This document shows, in pieces, positions 1-12,740 of a stretch of 64,000 bases of DNA (position 1 is its first letter; each line of letters opens with the position of its first letter). The position numbers and the translations under genes were made by a program. The stretch is from Bugula neritina (taxonomy: Eukaryota > Animalia > Bryozoa): NCBI GenBank assembly GCA_964035545.1, contig OZ037767.1:4294707-4358706 (forward strand), in the 5' to 3' direction. The notes beneath the pieces are model-generated. The model had not been told where the DNA came from, made no database searches, and saw only the letters and a program-made list of their open reading frames with translations.

Positions 1-2833
1 AAAAACAGATATTGTTGTTTTTGTTAGCAATGAGAAAACCGCAACATACAATTACTAGAATCAATAAAATTATACAAAATGAACAGCTGCAAACTGTTGA
101 ATGCATTTAAAATTTATAAACTTATGTTACAAAAAATTTATAATGGATTTTGAACATCAGATTGTTTATTTCAGTTATGCAATCAAGTAGTTGTGATGGT
201 AATAGTCACTTGTGTCACTTGACTAAGATTTTAATAATTTTACAGCCGAAAATAGAACAATCCAATAGTCTTTAGATTTCTCCCATACAGTAATCCAACT
301 GATGACTATTATTTTCAGAAACTAAGTAAAAAATAATAAGATAAATAATTGCACATGACTAAAGTCTAGGCTTGTTATGTAAGTCTTATACTGCATTTGT
401 AATAGCATGATGTCATTGACATTTTACCACTGGGTGTAGACAAATATTATCACTTTGTGCCATAATATTATCACAATAACATCCAACACACATCAGTAGA
501 AATTAAATGCAAATGTATTATATATTTTAATCTGTGTCTATTTTTGCTAGCATTTGACAATAAGTATCGAAAGATGTACATATAATTTACATTACAAAGA
601 TTTCATTGATATATTTGAAAACAGAGTACAAAAATGAAAAATAGTGGCCAGTTTAATATTTATAGAAAAAGTATTGTTGTTGGCCATAATTTCTTAGGAA
701 GTCTTTAGTTTGTGTTGTCTTGAAAAAACTAAGTGCCTTTTTCTTAGAAAATACCAACAGTTTATGTGCTGCACTGCTTGCAATGTTACATAAGCAAGGC
801 TTTTATGAAATAGTCTAAAAATCAATATAACATAATATTATGCAGCAGATTTTGAACTGGTGAAGTAAACTATCACAAATCTTATTTCTCAAACTACTTT
901 CATAATACTTGAAAGTTGGCTAGTGTTTAGATGAAGCCTTGTTTTCTATTTGTACATTTGAACAGTTTGGAATATAAAGCAATATTGAGTCACTCAGATT
1001 AACAGTTTATACTTCTGCCTTTCTAACACACCACAGATTTCAGAGAATGGGTTGATTAAAGGGTTAATAGTAATTGCTTGTAAAACAAACAAAATACAGA
1101 CTATACTTCTTTATTATAAAAATATGATGCTTCACAACATAGCTAAGAATTAATACAACATATACTTATACAAATATTTCGATTTTTATGAAAAAGAGGT
1201 ATAGGATTATCTAGATTGTCTATGTTCAATTTAAACAGCAAATTTATATGCTAGTATCATATCTGAGTTTTAATATCTTTATTATTATTTATGTTCAGAA
1301 ACAAGATTTAAGAACTATTAGAATTATTTTTAAAATTAAATGTTGAAATATTTTTTATTGCAAAAAAAGGCTGTAACTGTATTTTCACCCATCAACAAAT
1401 AGTCAGCTGAGTTGACATGCAGGGGAGAGAGGATTTCATTTTATTTAAAATAGTTTAGCTAGTGAATTTTTTTTATGGTAACAAAAGCATATCTAGCTCA
1501 TATATGTTATAGCTTTGGGAATAAACAAATAAAAAAATCAAGTAAACAAACATGTTTTTGGTTTTTGCTAATGCATCCTTCCAACAGTAGTCATAACAAT
1601 TTTTTAATTGACCAAAATGACATAAGTTGTGGATGTACTATTTGTAAGGAGACCATAACAAAAATATTAAATTTATTAGAATATAAAAAATATTTCCATA
1701 ATAGAAGAGGAAGATATTTCTTCATGTACGCAATAAAAATATGCACTTAATTTACACATATAGCACCCCAAAAGGAGTTTTATAGTCAATATGTTTATGT
1801 CAATATAGTTCCTATTCACTTTGTATGCCTAGTGTTCATACAAATAGTTATCACATTGCTTGGTTTTACCACTATAAGTTGGTACAGCCTGGTCGAAAAT
1901 AATTCACCACCTGCATGTTTATAAGGTTTTAAAAACTTAACCCAAAAATAGGATCTGTTCAACGTAAGTAAAAGCTGGAAACACCGATTCAACCAGCAAT
2001 TTGAAAACCAAACTATTGAGTAATTAGAAAATCTTTCTACAAGATAAAAAATATGTCCTTGGCAATTTTCATAGTTTTTATGAGGCTCCTCCCTTAAAAC
2101 TGTTTAATTGGCTGAATTAATTTTCATTTTTTACAAACTACAAAATCGAGTCTTAAATGATTAGAGTCACTACAGAACACATAACAAAGGAAATGTTAGA
2201 AGGACAGAAAAAAAGATCAACAAAAATGTGAAGATACTGCATCCTCTGCTATTTTGATCATTATACAACCACACTGCACCTAAACATAGTGGATGCCAAA
2301 GACAACAGCTGACCTACTTTCTGACTCGTGATGACTTTGCACTTGCATAATCATGAAAGCTATATTTAGAATTATGTAAAATCTTCGTCACTGATTGCAA
2401 AGCTTTTTAGCGTAGATGGAATTTGGCAACTTTTTGGCCAATTCTGTTACTAATCAAACAAAACTTAAGTCTTTCTGATTGCTTCACGTTGACTGAACAG
2501 TATTCGTGCCAAATTTAACGGTTTATTTCCTTTTTGACGCATTTCAAATGTGCAATCATTGCAAGGCAAGAAAAAGTGTGATGCGGGAATGCATTGGCAG
2601 TTTTCACTGGAAGTAGCCAATTGCCAGACTTGTGGCAAATAAACAACTTTTTAATTTTAGCCAATCAACGTGGACACTTGGTTTGAATTAAATCACAGTA
2701 ACACCTTTATAACAAAAAATGCGCATCTGCAGTATGTATTTGTCAATCATTGCTGGCATTAATCATTACGTATAGAGATTTCTCTCTGCCAGCATTTCTG
2801 AATAATAAACCACCAACAACCAACGGCATTACT

Positions 2834-3886
2834 ATGGGGCGGTTATTCGCAAACCCCGAGTTCTACACAATTTCTAACATCACAGAAGAGGTCCCAGAGA
2901 TGCATTGCTTGTCAGAGAATGTGGCTGATGCCAATAACTATGATCTAATTCATCAGTTGTATTGTCAGGTAGGAACCATAGAAGCACATGTGACTAAGAG
3001 TTTACTGTCATGTGGTGCAGGTGTGTGTGTGACATCAGTATTAAAGTTCTCCTGTTTGTGTACGTTATGAATAATAATGTTGATGTAGTGGTTAACTGAA
3101 ACTCTTGAGTATAAACAAAGTAGTAAATGGTCTGGTGGTACACATTTTAGGTTTTAGTAAAGCCTGTATGAATATTTAAAGTTGGTAAATTCCGTGTAAA
3201 TTCTTCTACACCACCGAATAATCTGACATAAAAATATACTTTTGAAAGCACTATGATGTAATTAGGTATACATTATGATTAGGTTCAACCATACAAATGG
3301 TTATATTATATTATAATCATAATGTGCTATTTTATTACATATTGTGTTATATGTTATTATATTTTCTCATTGTTTGTGTCTCATTATTCTGCATTATATT
3401 AGGTTTTGATACATTAAGTTTTTAATGAAAGGACTTGAAGTTTAGAAAATTGCAATGTTAAATTCTTTAAAACTGATTTCAATCATTCAAAGTTGTATTT
3501 AATGATTAAAAGCCAATAAAATGTTAGCAGGTATTTGTACCATGTGTAAACATGGTACCACTGGCACATTTAAGTTTTTTTAGAGCTTAGGCAGTTGAAA
3601 AATAAACTTTAACTTAGAATACTACCTATTATTCAACAATGCAAGTTTTTTTCTTTTCTAAAAATAAAAATTGCTTCAACTGTTTAGTTTCACAATTTTC
3701 TTCAATACTTGTTGACAGCAAATGTGTGTTGGCTACTTTATGATATGAGAGAATAGCCGTATACCTAATACATTGTAGTACTTAATGCTTGCAATATTTC
3801 AGAGCTTCGACATCCCAGATAAATCTTCTCACCAGTCAAACAGGAGCTCATATGTAAAGCTGAAATCAGATCACTGGAGAAGGTGA
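2834..3886 (+). CDS. Microprotein paralog 1 (MGRLFANPEFY family), 2 exons, about 72 aa
   Basis: Exon 1 2834-2968 encodes MGRLFANPEFYTISNITEEVPEMHCLSENVADANNYDLIHQLYCQ (45 codons, as in paralog 5), then CAG|GTAGG, phase 0. Preferred exon 2 is 3803-3886 after tatttcag (SFDIPDKSSHQSNRSSYVKLKSDHWRR*), with AATAAA at 4299. Exon 2 is uncertain; alternative acceptors end at 3150 and 3282. Confidence 0.75.
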
Positions 3887-5147
3887 CCGATTACAACAAA
3901 TACATGTACTTGAAACACTTAGCTCAAAACTCCTAACTCATACTCGGTGGGGGACAGAGCTCACCTTACTCTTTTTTCTGCCTCTTAGTCTATTTATCTG
4001 TACATAGACATCTACCATTGTGACACATACTATTTATAACTTTCGATGCAATCCTGTAATTTAAATTGCATGTCGGTGTAGATGTATAATAATAAGTAGA
4101 GACAACCAGCTTATCTTTTGCTATCATAAGCTATACTTATCACTTATGTCTACCTCTACTTGTGAATGTATTGTATAATTATATCTGCATTCATCATACT
4201 TATTTTGCATCTTGTAATACAATCATATTTGACTAAAGGGCTAATATCTGCCCTCCTGCTGTTCATTTTGTTTATTATATAATATAATATAGTGTGAAAA
4301 TAAATTAATTTTCTTGTTTATAACAAATGATATTACTTGCCACTTACACCATCATGTAGCAATTACTGTGTACACCTCCTTGCGCAAGTTTAGGCATGCC
4401 TACCACAACAATGTGATTAGTATATAAGGAAACCCGACACCTTACAGAGTAGGGGCTAATAACTTCTATTAGATGTAGTGGAACTACTTATAGTATACGA
4501 TAGCTGGGAAGGGGCCGTGAATAAAAAGACTATGAAGGAACTAGCATAAATGTTGCTTACATCTCACTTCTTTTTATGCATTTAAGTTCCAATAAGAAAT
4601 ACTAATTTGTGAGCCTAGTTGTTGATCTGTAGCTGTTCCTTAAAGCGGTCTTGTGGGGATGTTTCAGGTTGTGTAGGTTCAAGAATAAATTGAGAATTTC
4701 AATGACAACTTAGAGAGAAAGTTAGATGCTATTAAATAATCATGATAAATACAAATACAAATATTTCAACCCTGAGGTAGGTGTGGCAAATATAGAAACT
4801 GCAGCAGATACAAGATATAACAGCATATACAGTACGAAAAATTATAGCTATAGTGTCTAAAGTATACATATTTACCTACAGTGCCTATGAGCAAGCTAGG
4901 ATTACATAACTATTGCTGTAGTTACTACAACAACCACAACAGTGGTAGTGAGCATATTTATCAGGAAGGAAGTTATCTGTCCTTGAGCTAAACTAAGCTC
5001 TAAACTGCATTTGCTTGTTTTAATGGCATTTATACTCAATGTTTTGCCTTTGAAAGTGTTGATAGTTTGCAGGTCTTTTAAAATTTCTAGAGTCCAAAAC
5101 TTGATTGTTGCTTAGAATACAAGGACTGCTATCAATACATAAACAAT

Positions 5148-5245
5148 CTAGCTACTACTACTACTACTAGCTACTACTGCTACTACTACTGCTACTGCTA
5201 CCACTGGAGTACTGGTAGTATTACTACTAGTAGTACTACTACTAT
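5148..5245 (+). repeat. (CTA/CTG)n degenerate microsatellite
   Basis: ctactactactactagctactactgctact... Confidence 0.8.
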
Positions 5246-8111
5246 TGCTGACAGTATATAATCTATACAGTTATAAAGTTGCTTTAGTTTTTATATTTAA
5301 TTTATGTCTTCTGTTTGAAGTACTGGTTGTAAAACCACAACATAATGTTAGATATCAGGCAGCCCTAAGATCTAAACTCTAAAGTCACCAGACTTGCACT
5401 TGAGGCTTCATGATTCAATATGAGTAATAAACTTCTCTCTATGCAATTGTTGTTCATTTCTAAAGAGCAATAATCTTGCAAAGTCACGATGCAATTCGCA
5501 TATTCATTGTCACAGTGATCAGCTGGTAGTCTGCATGTTGTTATGGCAAGTCTAATCATAACCCAATGGGCTGAAAGAGTGAATCACTTTGGGAGAATTT
5601 TTATGATTATTGGGACGGCAGCTTTAAGAAGCTAGCCTTGAATGCATACCCAACTTAAGGCATCCCGGTGCTTCGCCTAGGTCACTGCTGTTCTAGCCAT
5701 GTGTGAACCATATTTCGTATGAATGATAATTCTTTTGTTAGTTGAAAAAGCAATATTTCATAATTTATTGCATATTTGTGTAATTAAATGTGCATTTTAT
5801 TGCTAGAAATTGCATAAAATCGTGCATGTGTGTACAATATGCTTCGATCAATGCAGAACTTTATCCATTTGTAAACAAGTAACGTTTGTTTATTAGTGGA
5901 CAAGGTCTGAGTTTAAAACCATTCTTAGATGATAATTTAATAAAACTGATGCCGACTAGTTTCTCAAGGGGTTAGCGCTCAATAGATGTTTTATGTTTCA
6001 TGTTTCTCAAATTTAATGTTTATGGAGAATCGAAGGAATTCAAGTTTAACTATTTTATTTTAAATACCTTTAATTGTATATGAGTGCTTATAAATATGCA
6101 TCATATTTTGTGTTTTTGTGCCAAGATTCTGAGAATTATAAAAGCTTTAGAGCTAGCCCTTGAGTTAATCCACTTTATGATCTTGTTTATAATCTTATAC
6201 TGTCATTCTATAATTTTCGCAGTATTTGGATTTAAAACATCATTGCTTTAAATAGTCAAAAAAGTTGCAATGCCTAAAGGCTGTCCAAATCAGATTTAAA
6301 TGCATAAGCAAATCAGGGGCAAAAAATACTTGATCACCATTTTATTGCAATAATTAAGTTAATGATCACACAACAACAGTACTTTTTGATATAGTTATGG
6401 TGATCCATATTTTCTACAGTAAATTCTAGAGGCTGCTATGCACTAATTTCAAATGGCTTATAATTTTTTAAAACATTATTGATTGAATTTTTAACTAAAA
6501 ATTTTACTTCATTGTTATAGTTTTTACTTCATAAAATCAATGCTTCTAACAGTGAAACCTTTATAAAAACTCATACATTACTACAAAACAGCATGAAATT
6601 TAACGTTCAATAATTTATTTTTCAGTTATTTTATATTTTAGCCACATTTATATATACAGGCAGTACAGAGAATAAGCTGTGATGCTGAAAACAATATGAA
6701 TGCAATATAATATAATATAATATAATAATATAATATAATACAATATAACAATTTATAATTTATGGTATTTCTGATATATGGCTTCGGCTGACAAAATGCA
6801 GTGTGAAAGCAGCTCATACTTGATGACTTGCAGAGCAAATTGAAAATAAGGAAACTGACCAACTGGTCAGAATAAATTGACAGATATGACTCACTCAAGG
6901 AAACACCAACTGGAAGTTATTTTGAATGCAATATAAATATTTTCGTTTCAAAAGTTCTCATACTGAATGCAAAGTTTGGTGTGAAACATGTTTTTTTGAA
7001 AAGCAACAACCTGATGCAATTTGCTCTTTATGACTTTGTACTAGCATGATTAATTAAGCAAATATGATATAAAAGCAAACTACTTGCACAAATTGCATAT
7101 TAGTCTTAAATGTCTTCAATTTCACATTAAAATTTCAAATGAATCAGCGCTGAACTGACAAAATATTTATTTCAGCATATTTACTTAAAATTTATAATTT
7201 GGTTTTAGACTAATTTTGTTTTACAGAATATTTGACTGGCTGTACAAGACAAACAATGGCAAGCGTAGTTATAAGAGAAACATTGTGTTACCCACAGTAG
7301 TTCGGTATTCTCAAAATGTGTTATTCATTCTCAAGCATCTCTAGCTTTGTTAATATAATGACCGCTTTTGTAAAACATTAACTCAAAAATGAAAGGGCTT
7401 TAGCTTGTCCATATACGTGGTAAATTCATTGCACTGAGAAACGTTCTTTAATGATTCAGATATCCTTCTGCAAGTAACCAATTCCTGTACAGATGACCAT
7501 GAGTGAGTCAAGGAAAGGAATGCTGTCTCATGACCGTGAGTTGGTCCACCTACACATCTAGTTCCCTGTTCAGTAACTACGCTGCTTTGACAGCACACAT
7601 CTACCTACCACACACATTGCAGCCTGCTTTTAATCATACAACTAGTCTGCTTTCAATCATCATTACTCTGTGTTCTAGATTCATAACTTTTCTGAATCAT
7701 TAATTGAAACAAGTTTCTTTGCTTTTTCACTGTTTTTTGAAAAAAAAACATTTTTTAAAGCAGATAATTTTACTAATATTTATCTATGAAATTGGACGTC
7801 AGGAGAACTGTTACATAAAGACATGGCTTTCTTCAAGGTTTTTATACACAAGAAACCCTGTGTTGATTCCAATTATAGTATTGAATTTATTAATATATAA
7901 AAAAGACCTCACAATATCAAACTAATGTTTATTACAAATGATTAGTTTTATATACAAAAACCCGGGCTTCTTAAATTTAGTTTAAATATGATAAATTTAC
8001 GTAAAGTTAGTGAGATAACAAGCCTATGATGATCTGCTCTTAACTCCAACTCCCCACTATTGTATGGCATGATAAAACAAAGCTATTAAAAACAACAGAA
8101 AAAAATATTTG

Positions 8112-8636
8112 GTCCCATATAAAATCCAACCTCTGACCTCCACGTGGGAGGGACTAGACGGATGAAATTCTGGCCAACAAGAGGATATGGTACACGCCAG
8201 GATAGGCCTAGCAAGCCACTGGTGCTCAAAATTGCTACAAACACTTAAGGAAAATGAAATTCGGGATGGATATTACGGAAACGAACCCTGGAACGGAAAA
8301 AACGGACTACGATTCGGAATACTGAACATTGGAACATATCGATAGGAGTCGGAAGAAATAGTGGAGAGTGGTATGGTCACGTTAGATGAAGACCAACAGA
8401 GCATCCAACAATGGAAGCCCTGAATTACACAATACCAGGAACAAGATCTAGTGGTAGTCCACGAAAGAGATGGCACCAGTACATTGACGATTATTTAAAA
8501 GAGAGTAATACCAACCTGGAGAGAGTAAACGTAGAAAGATTATTTGAAAACAGACAAGTATGAAAAAGCCTGATTAACTTTTCTACCTGCATGACAGGCA
8601 CTAGCCTAATTCGGAGTATAGTAAAAAGGTAAAAAG
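8112..8636 (+). mobile_element. Internally deleted, non-autonomous RTE-clade non-LTR retroposon
   Basis: The endonuclease start motif GLRFGILNIGT (about 8304-8336) is fused almost directly to an RTE-type C-terminus, WYGHVR*RPTEHPT...GTRSSGSPRKRW...ENRQV*KSLI. Short gtaaaaag-like tail repeats; 11-bp TSD AAAAATATTTG at 8101-8111 and 8637-8647. Confidence 0.75.
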
Positions 8637-9450
8637 AAAAATATTTGAATATTCTCAAATTTATATATTTCGATTAAAAAAGTTGACATATATAATTGCA
8701 GATATTTGTGACTATGTTGAGATATTTATTAGGCTTAATTACTAATTATTCCTAATGATATCTTAGCTGCAAATAATATATACATGTCTATAAGATATGC
8801 AATTACATAATAAAAAATATTCCAAACATAATTATTTAATAATTTAATTAATATTAAAATAGTAACAATGATAGTATTAGTACTGGTAATGGTGATTATA
8901 ACCATAATGTTGGCTATAGTAATAGTAATAGTAATGGTAAAGGTAATAGTAAAATTCATCAAAATTTGTCTTCACTAAAAATTAAAATACGCTCATTTTA
9001 CAGCAAGTTTTGTAAGTAAGTAAAATGAGTAACAATTCAATTTTCTCATCAAAACCATGCAATGTGTGTTTTCTTTTTTTTGATATCTCAACAGTTTTGT
9101 CATCCTATAAATCACCTTTCATATAACTTTGTTTGTTTTTCTTTAAATAATGATAGAATAAGTTCAAAAAACAAATCATATTGCTTCCTGTTTGTTTATT
9201 TGGTCAGGTAAAGTAAATAAAGTTATTGAGTTTGAAATTGGTTCACTGTGATAAACCTACGATGTCGTAATAACAATACGATAGCATAACAATAGCGTAC
9301 TCTATTACCGCACAATGAATAATCAGGGCCTGACTAGACTTGTGAGAGCGTAAGCTAGGCATTGTGGGTAGCATAACTTCCTCGAACCACTCAACTGGAA
9401 CTCACTGCTATTAATAACTATCTGGCAATGCAACATGCAGTCAGGTGTTA

Positions 9451-9483
9451 TCCAATGAGCAGACCCGCCCAAATGTATAAAAG
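9451..9483 (+). promoter_or_regulatory. Core promoter of paralog 2 (CCAAT, GC box, TATA)
   Basis: tCCAATgag at 9451, CCCGCCC at about 9464 and TATAAAAG at 9476-9483, 108 nt before the ATG. Confidence 0.7.
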
Positions 9484-9583
9484 GCAGTATTTTGGACATT
9501 TTGAAGCACACAGCCTTCAAGCACAGCTGAAGAAACTTACCACATATCAAAGTTTCTGTTTCTAACACACTTCAACCACTAAA

Positions 9584-9932
9584 ATGGGAAAATTATACGC
9601 AAACAAAGAATTTTATCAGATTTCCGAGTGGACTGAAGAAGAAGCATCACAACAGGAGTTTTATTCTCAATTTATTGTTGAAAAATCTTCAAGACCTGAC
9701 TATCATGCTACACAGCCATCGACTGGAAATATTTTATTTTCAAAACCAACTTCAGCATATTTGGTAAGTATTTGCACTTGATTGACTCAAAATAATACTT
9801 TGAAATACTAGAAATAATTATGTTCTCAAATTCAGCATCTTTTTTAATTAATTGAGTTTAAAAGAATTCATTTTATTTACTAAATTATAACAATTTTAGG
9901 TTCAGACTAATTCCTACAAAGCTCTTTGCTAA
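9584..9932 (+). CDS. Microprotein paralog 2, 2 exons, 70 aa
   Basis: Exon 1 9584-9763 encodes MGKLYANKEFYQISEWTEEE...GNILFSKPTSAYL, then TTG|GTAAGT. A 136-nt intron ends caattttag. Exon 2 9900-9932 encodes VQTNSYKALC*. TATAAAAG at 9476; AATAAA at 10419. Confidence 0.85.
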
Positions 9933-12511
9933 AGAAAACAGGAAAAGTCCTACTCAAGCCAAAGACCAGCTATTATGAGCCACACTCTGCACCACTCATA
10001 AGCCTACCTGTGATAAACCTGCTATAGTATTATCAGAACATCCGTTACTGTATTGCATCATTGCCACACCTCTATGATATGCCAGACCTGTCAAATGTTG
10101 CCTGCCAGACCTGCTAGCTGTTAGTGTAATGATTTATATATGACAATATATTTAAGTATTATTGTTGTATTGCCTGAATTGGCATGAAATTGAGAATTAA
10201 AGCTAAAGCCAACTTCCAGTCTTACTTAACTATTATTTTTATTGCATATTGTTTGATCAAATATTTTGTAAATTCTTATGATATAATACCATATTATATT
10301 TATTTGATACGAATACCTCCGAAAATTATTTATTTTACCCAACAGTATGTTAGACTATGCAAAAAATTTATACTGTTTTTTAAATTATGTATTCAGCAAT
10401 TACTATAACCAGTAAATCAATAAATTTATGTGATACTTAATAAATAATTCTGGTGTATATATTTGTATATTTATATTCAAATGCAATCACCAATTGATTG
10501 AATTATATTAAAAGCTGATTCTACATAAAAATATACATCAATGAGTATATACATAATTTCAAAAGTTTCTACTAGTATTGGCTGCTGAAAATTGCATATG
10601 GCAGAATTGATACCCAACAGTTATGACATTGTCATAGCAAAAGCTTTCTTTCTACTTGCCTTAAATTAATATTTTTTGTAATCAACGTGACAAAATAGAA
10701 CAAGGCTGCTAAAATAGTGACGAAGTTAAGAAGGATCTTTCTCTCTGAAAGTCTATATTTCTTGAGCATTGAATAGAAGACAACTCCCACCAAGTTGATG
10801 CTGATGCAATACGTGATGTTTCACCAGCTCTTGGAGCTACAAATAAACTCAGTGAGACTAGCATGAGCTAACCATTAACGTCAACAACAATAACATTTTG
10901 TATCTTATCAGTAGACGTCATAACTTTTAGGTAGTTGAGCTATATTCATGATGAAACTGCATGCTGTGTAGTATTTACAATGGGTCATGGAGTGACGAAA
11001 CAACAACACGCATCATCTAAAATATAAACAATCATTGGCGTACTATTTTTTGACATACATGTAAGCTTGCCCTAGAAGCTTATATAACATTCCAGAATGT
11101 ACTGGATAGATTTGCAGTCATAGATTTTCAACAAACAACTCATTTTGTAATCTAAATATTGTATTTCCAATAAATACTCAACTGTATTGACAAATAATTT
11201 CTAATTTTCTTGCGTATAACAACAATTGATGAACAAATATGTCATCAATATTTGCACATAGTCAATATATTTAAGAGGAAGTGTTTATAACAAACAGCTA
11301 TTCTCACTACAGTTTGCTGTGAGCTACACACAATAATGAAACAGCTGGTAGAAACAGTTGTTTCAACTAATCAATGCTACGACAAAACAACTATCTACAT
11401 CAGCAAGAAGCTAGTTCTCCAGTCTAAAGTTGTAGTTTACAATGACATGTTGAACACTTTTGATTGACTCATTTTTAATCTGTTAGGGCAGCAATCTTCT
11501 TTCAGTCTATGCATAATAGTGCCAAGTTGTCTTCTTTTAAAGACATGCGTATTTGGTATAACAACTTATGATACATTTTCGGAATCCCACTATACTTGTA
11601 TTAGTAAGAGAGAAGGGTAGCAGGTAAACTTTCATTCTGACCTTGTTGTGGGCGTTGTCTAATTTCGTATTTCTATATTTAGATCAACAGGTGAATATTT
11701 CTAAACATTGACAGACTGATCGATCATCAAAGATGTTGTCTGCAAGTTTGATTCATTAAAAGTCAACAAAACTTTTTTTGACCTCTTCATTTATATTTCC
11801 ATTCATAGATTATATAGAAGTTGATATCTCATTTTCATTAGGGTCAGTGGAAATCATCTATTTCAATGGATTTGTGTGAGCAAAATCTTTTTTCAATAAC
11901 ATGCGTAGCTCAGGTTTCTAATATTTGTGAATGTATTGGTAAGAGGGGTATTGAAAACTGCCACATCTTCCTCTCCACCGTTTGAAGGCACCTCAACTAT
12001 GTTAGGAATTAAAAATAATATTTACCCACCCATTTTAGGAATGAAGGGCATCAAGAGATGGGACTGATACGCGAGTGCAAATGTATTGTTGCTATTGAAA
12101 GACGTAAAACATTTATCAATGGGTGTCAAATGGGGAACCACCTACACCGCCTACTACTGTGACCAGAAGATTCAGCCAAGCGAGTTGAATTATATTTCTT
12201 CATACATCATCAGAACTTCCTTTATCACAGAATTTAACCTGCTCAGTCAACTGAAACTGATTTTAATGACAACATTTATAGATTAAAGCCGCAGTTTGTG
12301 ACATAAAGCTAAGTAGTTGGGTAGTTACCTATATAATAATATAGTTATCAAACTAATACCTCCATATATCATCAGATATTAAAATTATTACTTGAGCACT
12401 ATCCATTAGCATAACTGTAGTTTAAGTAGGCATGTACCACCACAATATCCACCACCCATGTGTTATTCATCAAATTATATGAAGTATGCAAGTATGCGTT
12501 ACCAAAGTAGA

Positions 12512-12740
12512 GGGAGTAGTTGTGGTCTACTGGTTAGAATATGGGCTGGTGTGGTATAGCAGGTGGTTATAGGTGGTGAGTTAGAAACCCTCCAGAGTCA
12601 TTGATGATGTCAGAAGGAACATAGTTGATACTGCATGCCGCCAAAGAAAGAGCCTCTTAAACCAAGTTGCCATTTCTTAGCTAATACACCCTTTCCATCA
12701 GGAGCTCGAGGGGAGGGGGGGGGGGTTGAACAAACATGAG
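12512..12740 (+). mobile_element. Old, diverged copy related to the tRNA-derived SINE family
   Basis: gggagtagttgtggtctactggttag resembles the SINE 5' end. cattgatgatgtcagaagg and ccctttccatcaggag align with the core and 3' part of younger copies. Confidence 0.4.

Noticed and set aside
2834-2860. N-terminus as an IAP-binding motif (RHG-like) or myristoylation signal
   Set aside because: An IBM needs an N-terminal Ala (AVPF-like), whereas here it is Gly. Arg/Lys after Gly and no Ser at position 6 make myristoylation doubtful. Only the cluster architecture resembles RHG genes, not the sequence.
2750-3070. ORF-track versions of the microprotein ORFs (N-terminal extensions and C-terminal VSxx read-throughs)
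   Set aside because: The extensions start at or near the TATA region or at non-ATG codons and are not conserved. The C-terminal tails are read-through of canonical GT donors.
10600-12200. Coding-like minus-strand stretch (pseudogene or transposon relic)
   Set aside because: Frequent stops in the frames I translated and no recognisable domain.
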